DNA of 64,000 nucleotides, taken from Chiloscyllium plagiosum (Eukaryota). A program made the position numbers and the translations under genes. Shown here piece by piece: positions 63,881 to 64,000 of the stretch; the stretch's first letter is position 1, and every line of letters starts with the position of its first letter. Where the stretch lies: the NCBI RefSeq assembly GCF_004010195.1, contig NC_057720.1, positions 24,550,746 through 24,614,745 on the forward strand, read 5' to 3'. The notes below the pieces were generated by a model. That model was not told where the DNA came from. It did not search any database and saw only the letters and a program-made list of their open reading frames with translations.

Positions 63881-64000
63881 GACACATGACATGGAATGTA
63901 CTTTATAAATATGAAGTTCATTACAATCGTATTGAGTGGACCATGTTGTAATGGTCACCAAAATCTTTTATACTTTTAAAAATGTTATGAATAAAGCCTA

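Overview
Vertebrate genomic DNA, most likely a shark or other elasmobranch (inferred from HE1-type V-SINEs and CR1 LINEs), with three assembly gaps (4175-4674, 30642-31013, 55077-55746). Two minus-strand protein-coding genes are supported. The first is coding exons 1-4 of an AP-1 adaptor mu subunit gene (39409-39368, 18048-17892, 15936-15869, 8480-8350); later exons were not found and probably lie left of the window. Its intron 2 is a minor-spliceosome (U12) GT-AG intron, and the gene may be the ap1m3/mu1C paralog. The second is the terminal exon of a TEMP/C1orf210 (LRRC19-family) single-pass membrane protein (53950-~54296). Most other sequence is transposon debris, often nested: CR1 LINEs, HE1 V-SINEs, Deu-type SINE remnants, an internally deleted Tigger, several solo LTRs and Neptune-type Penelope-like elements (PLEs). 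The most notable pattern is a set of very short (about 85-210 bp) PLE-derived units. These begin at or inside a minimal hammerhead-ribozyme motif, some are folded back into palindromes, and five are flanked by 12-14 bp target-site-duplication-like repeats. Everything was read by eye, so repeat boundaries without TSDs are approximate and family names come from recalled consensus features, not database searches.
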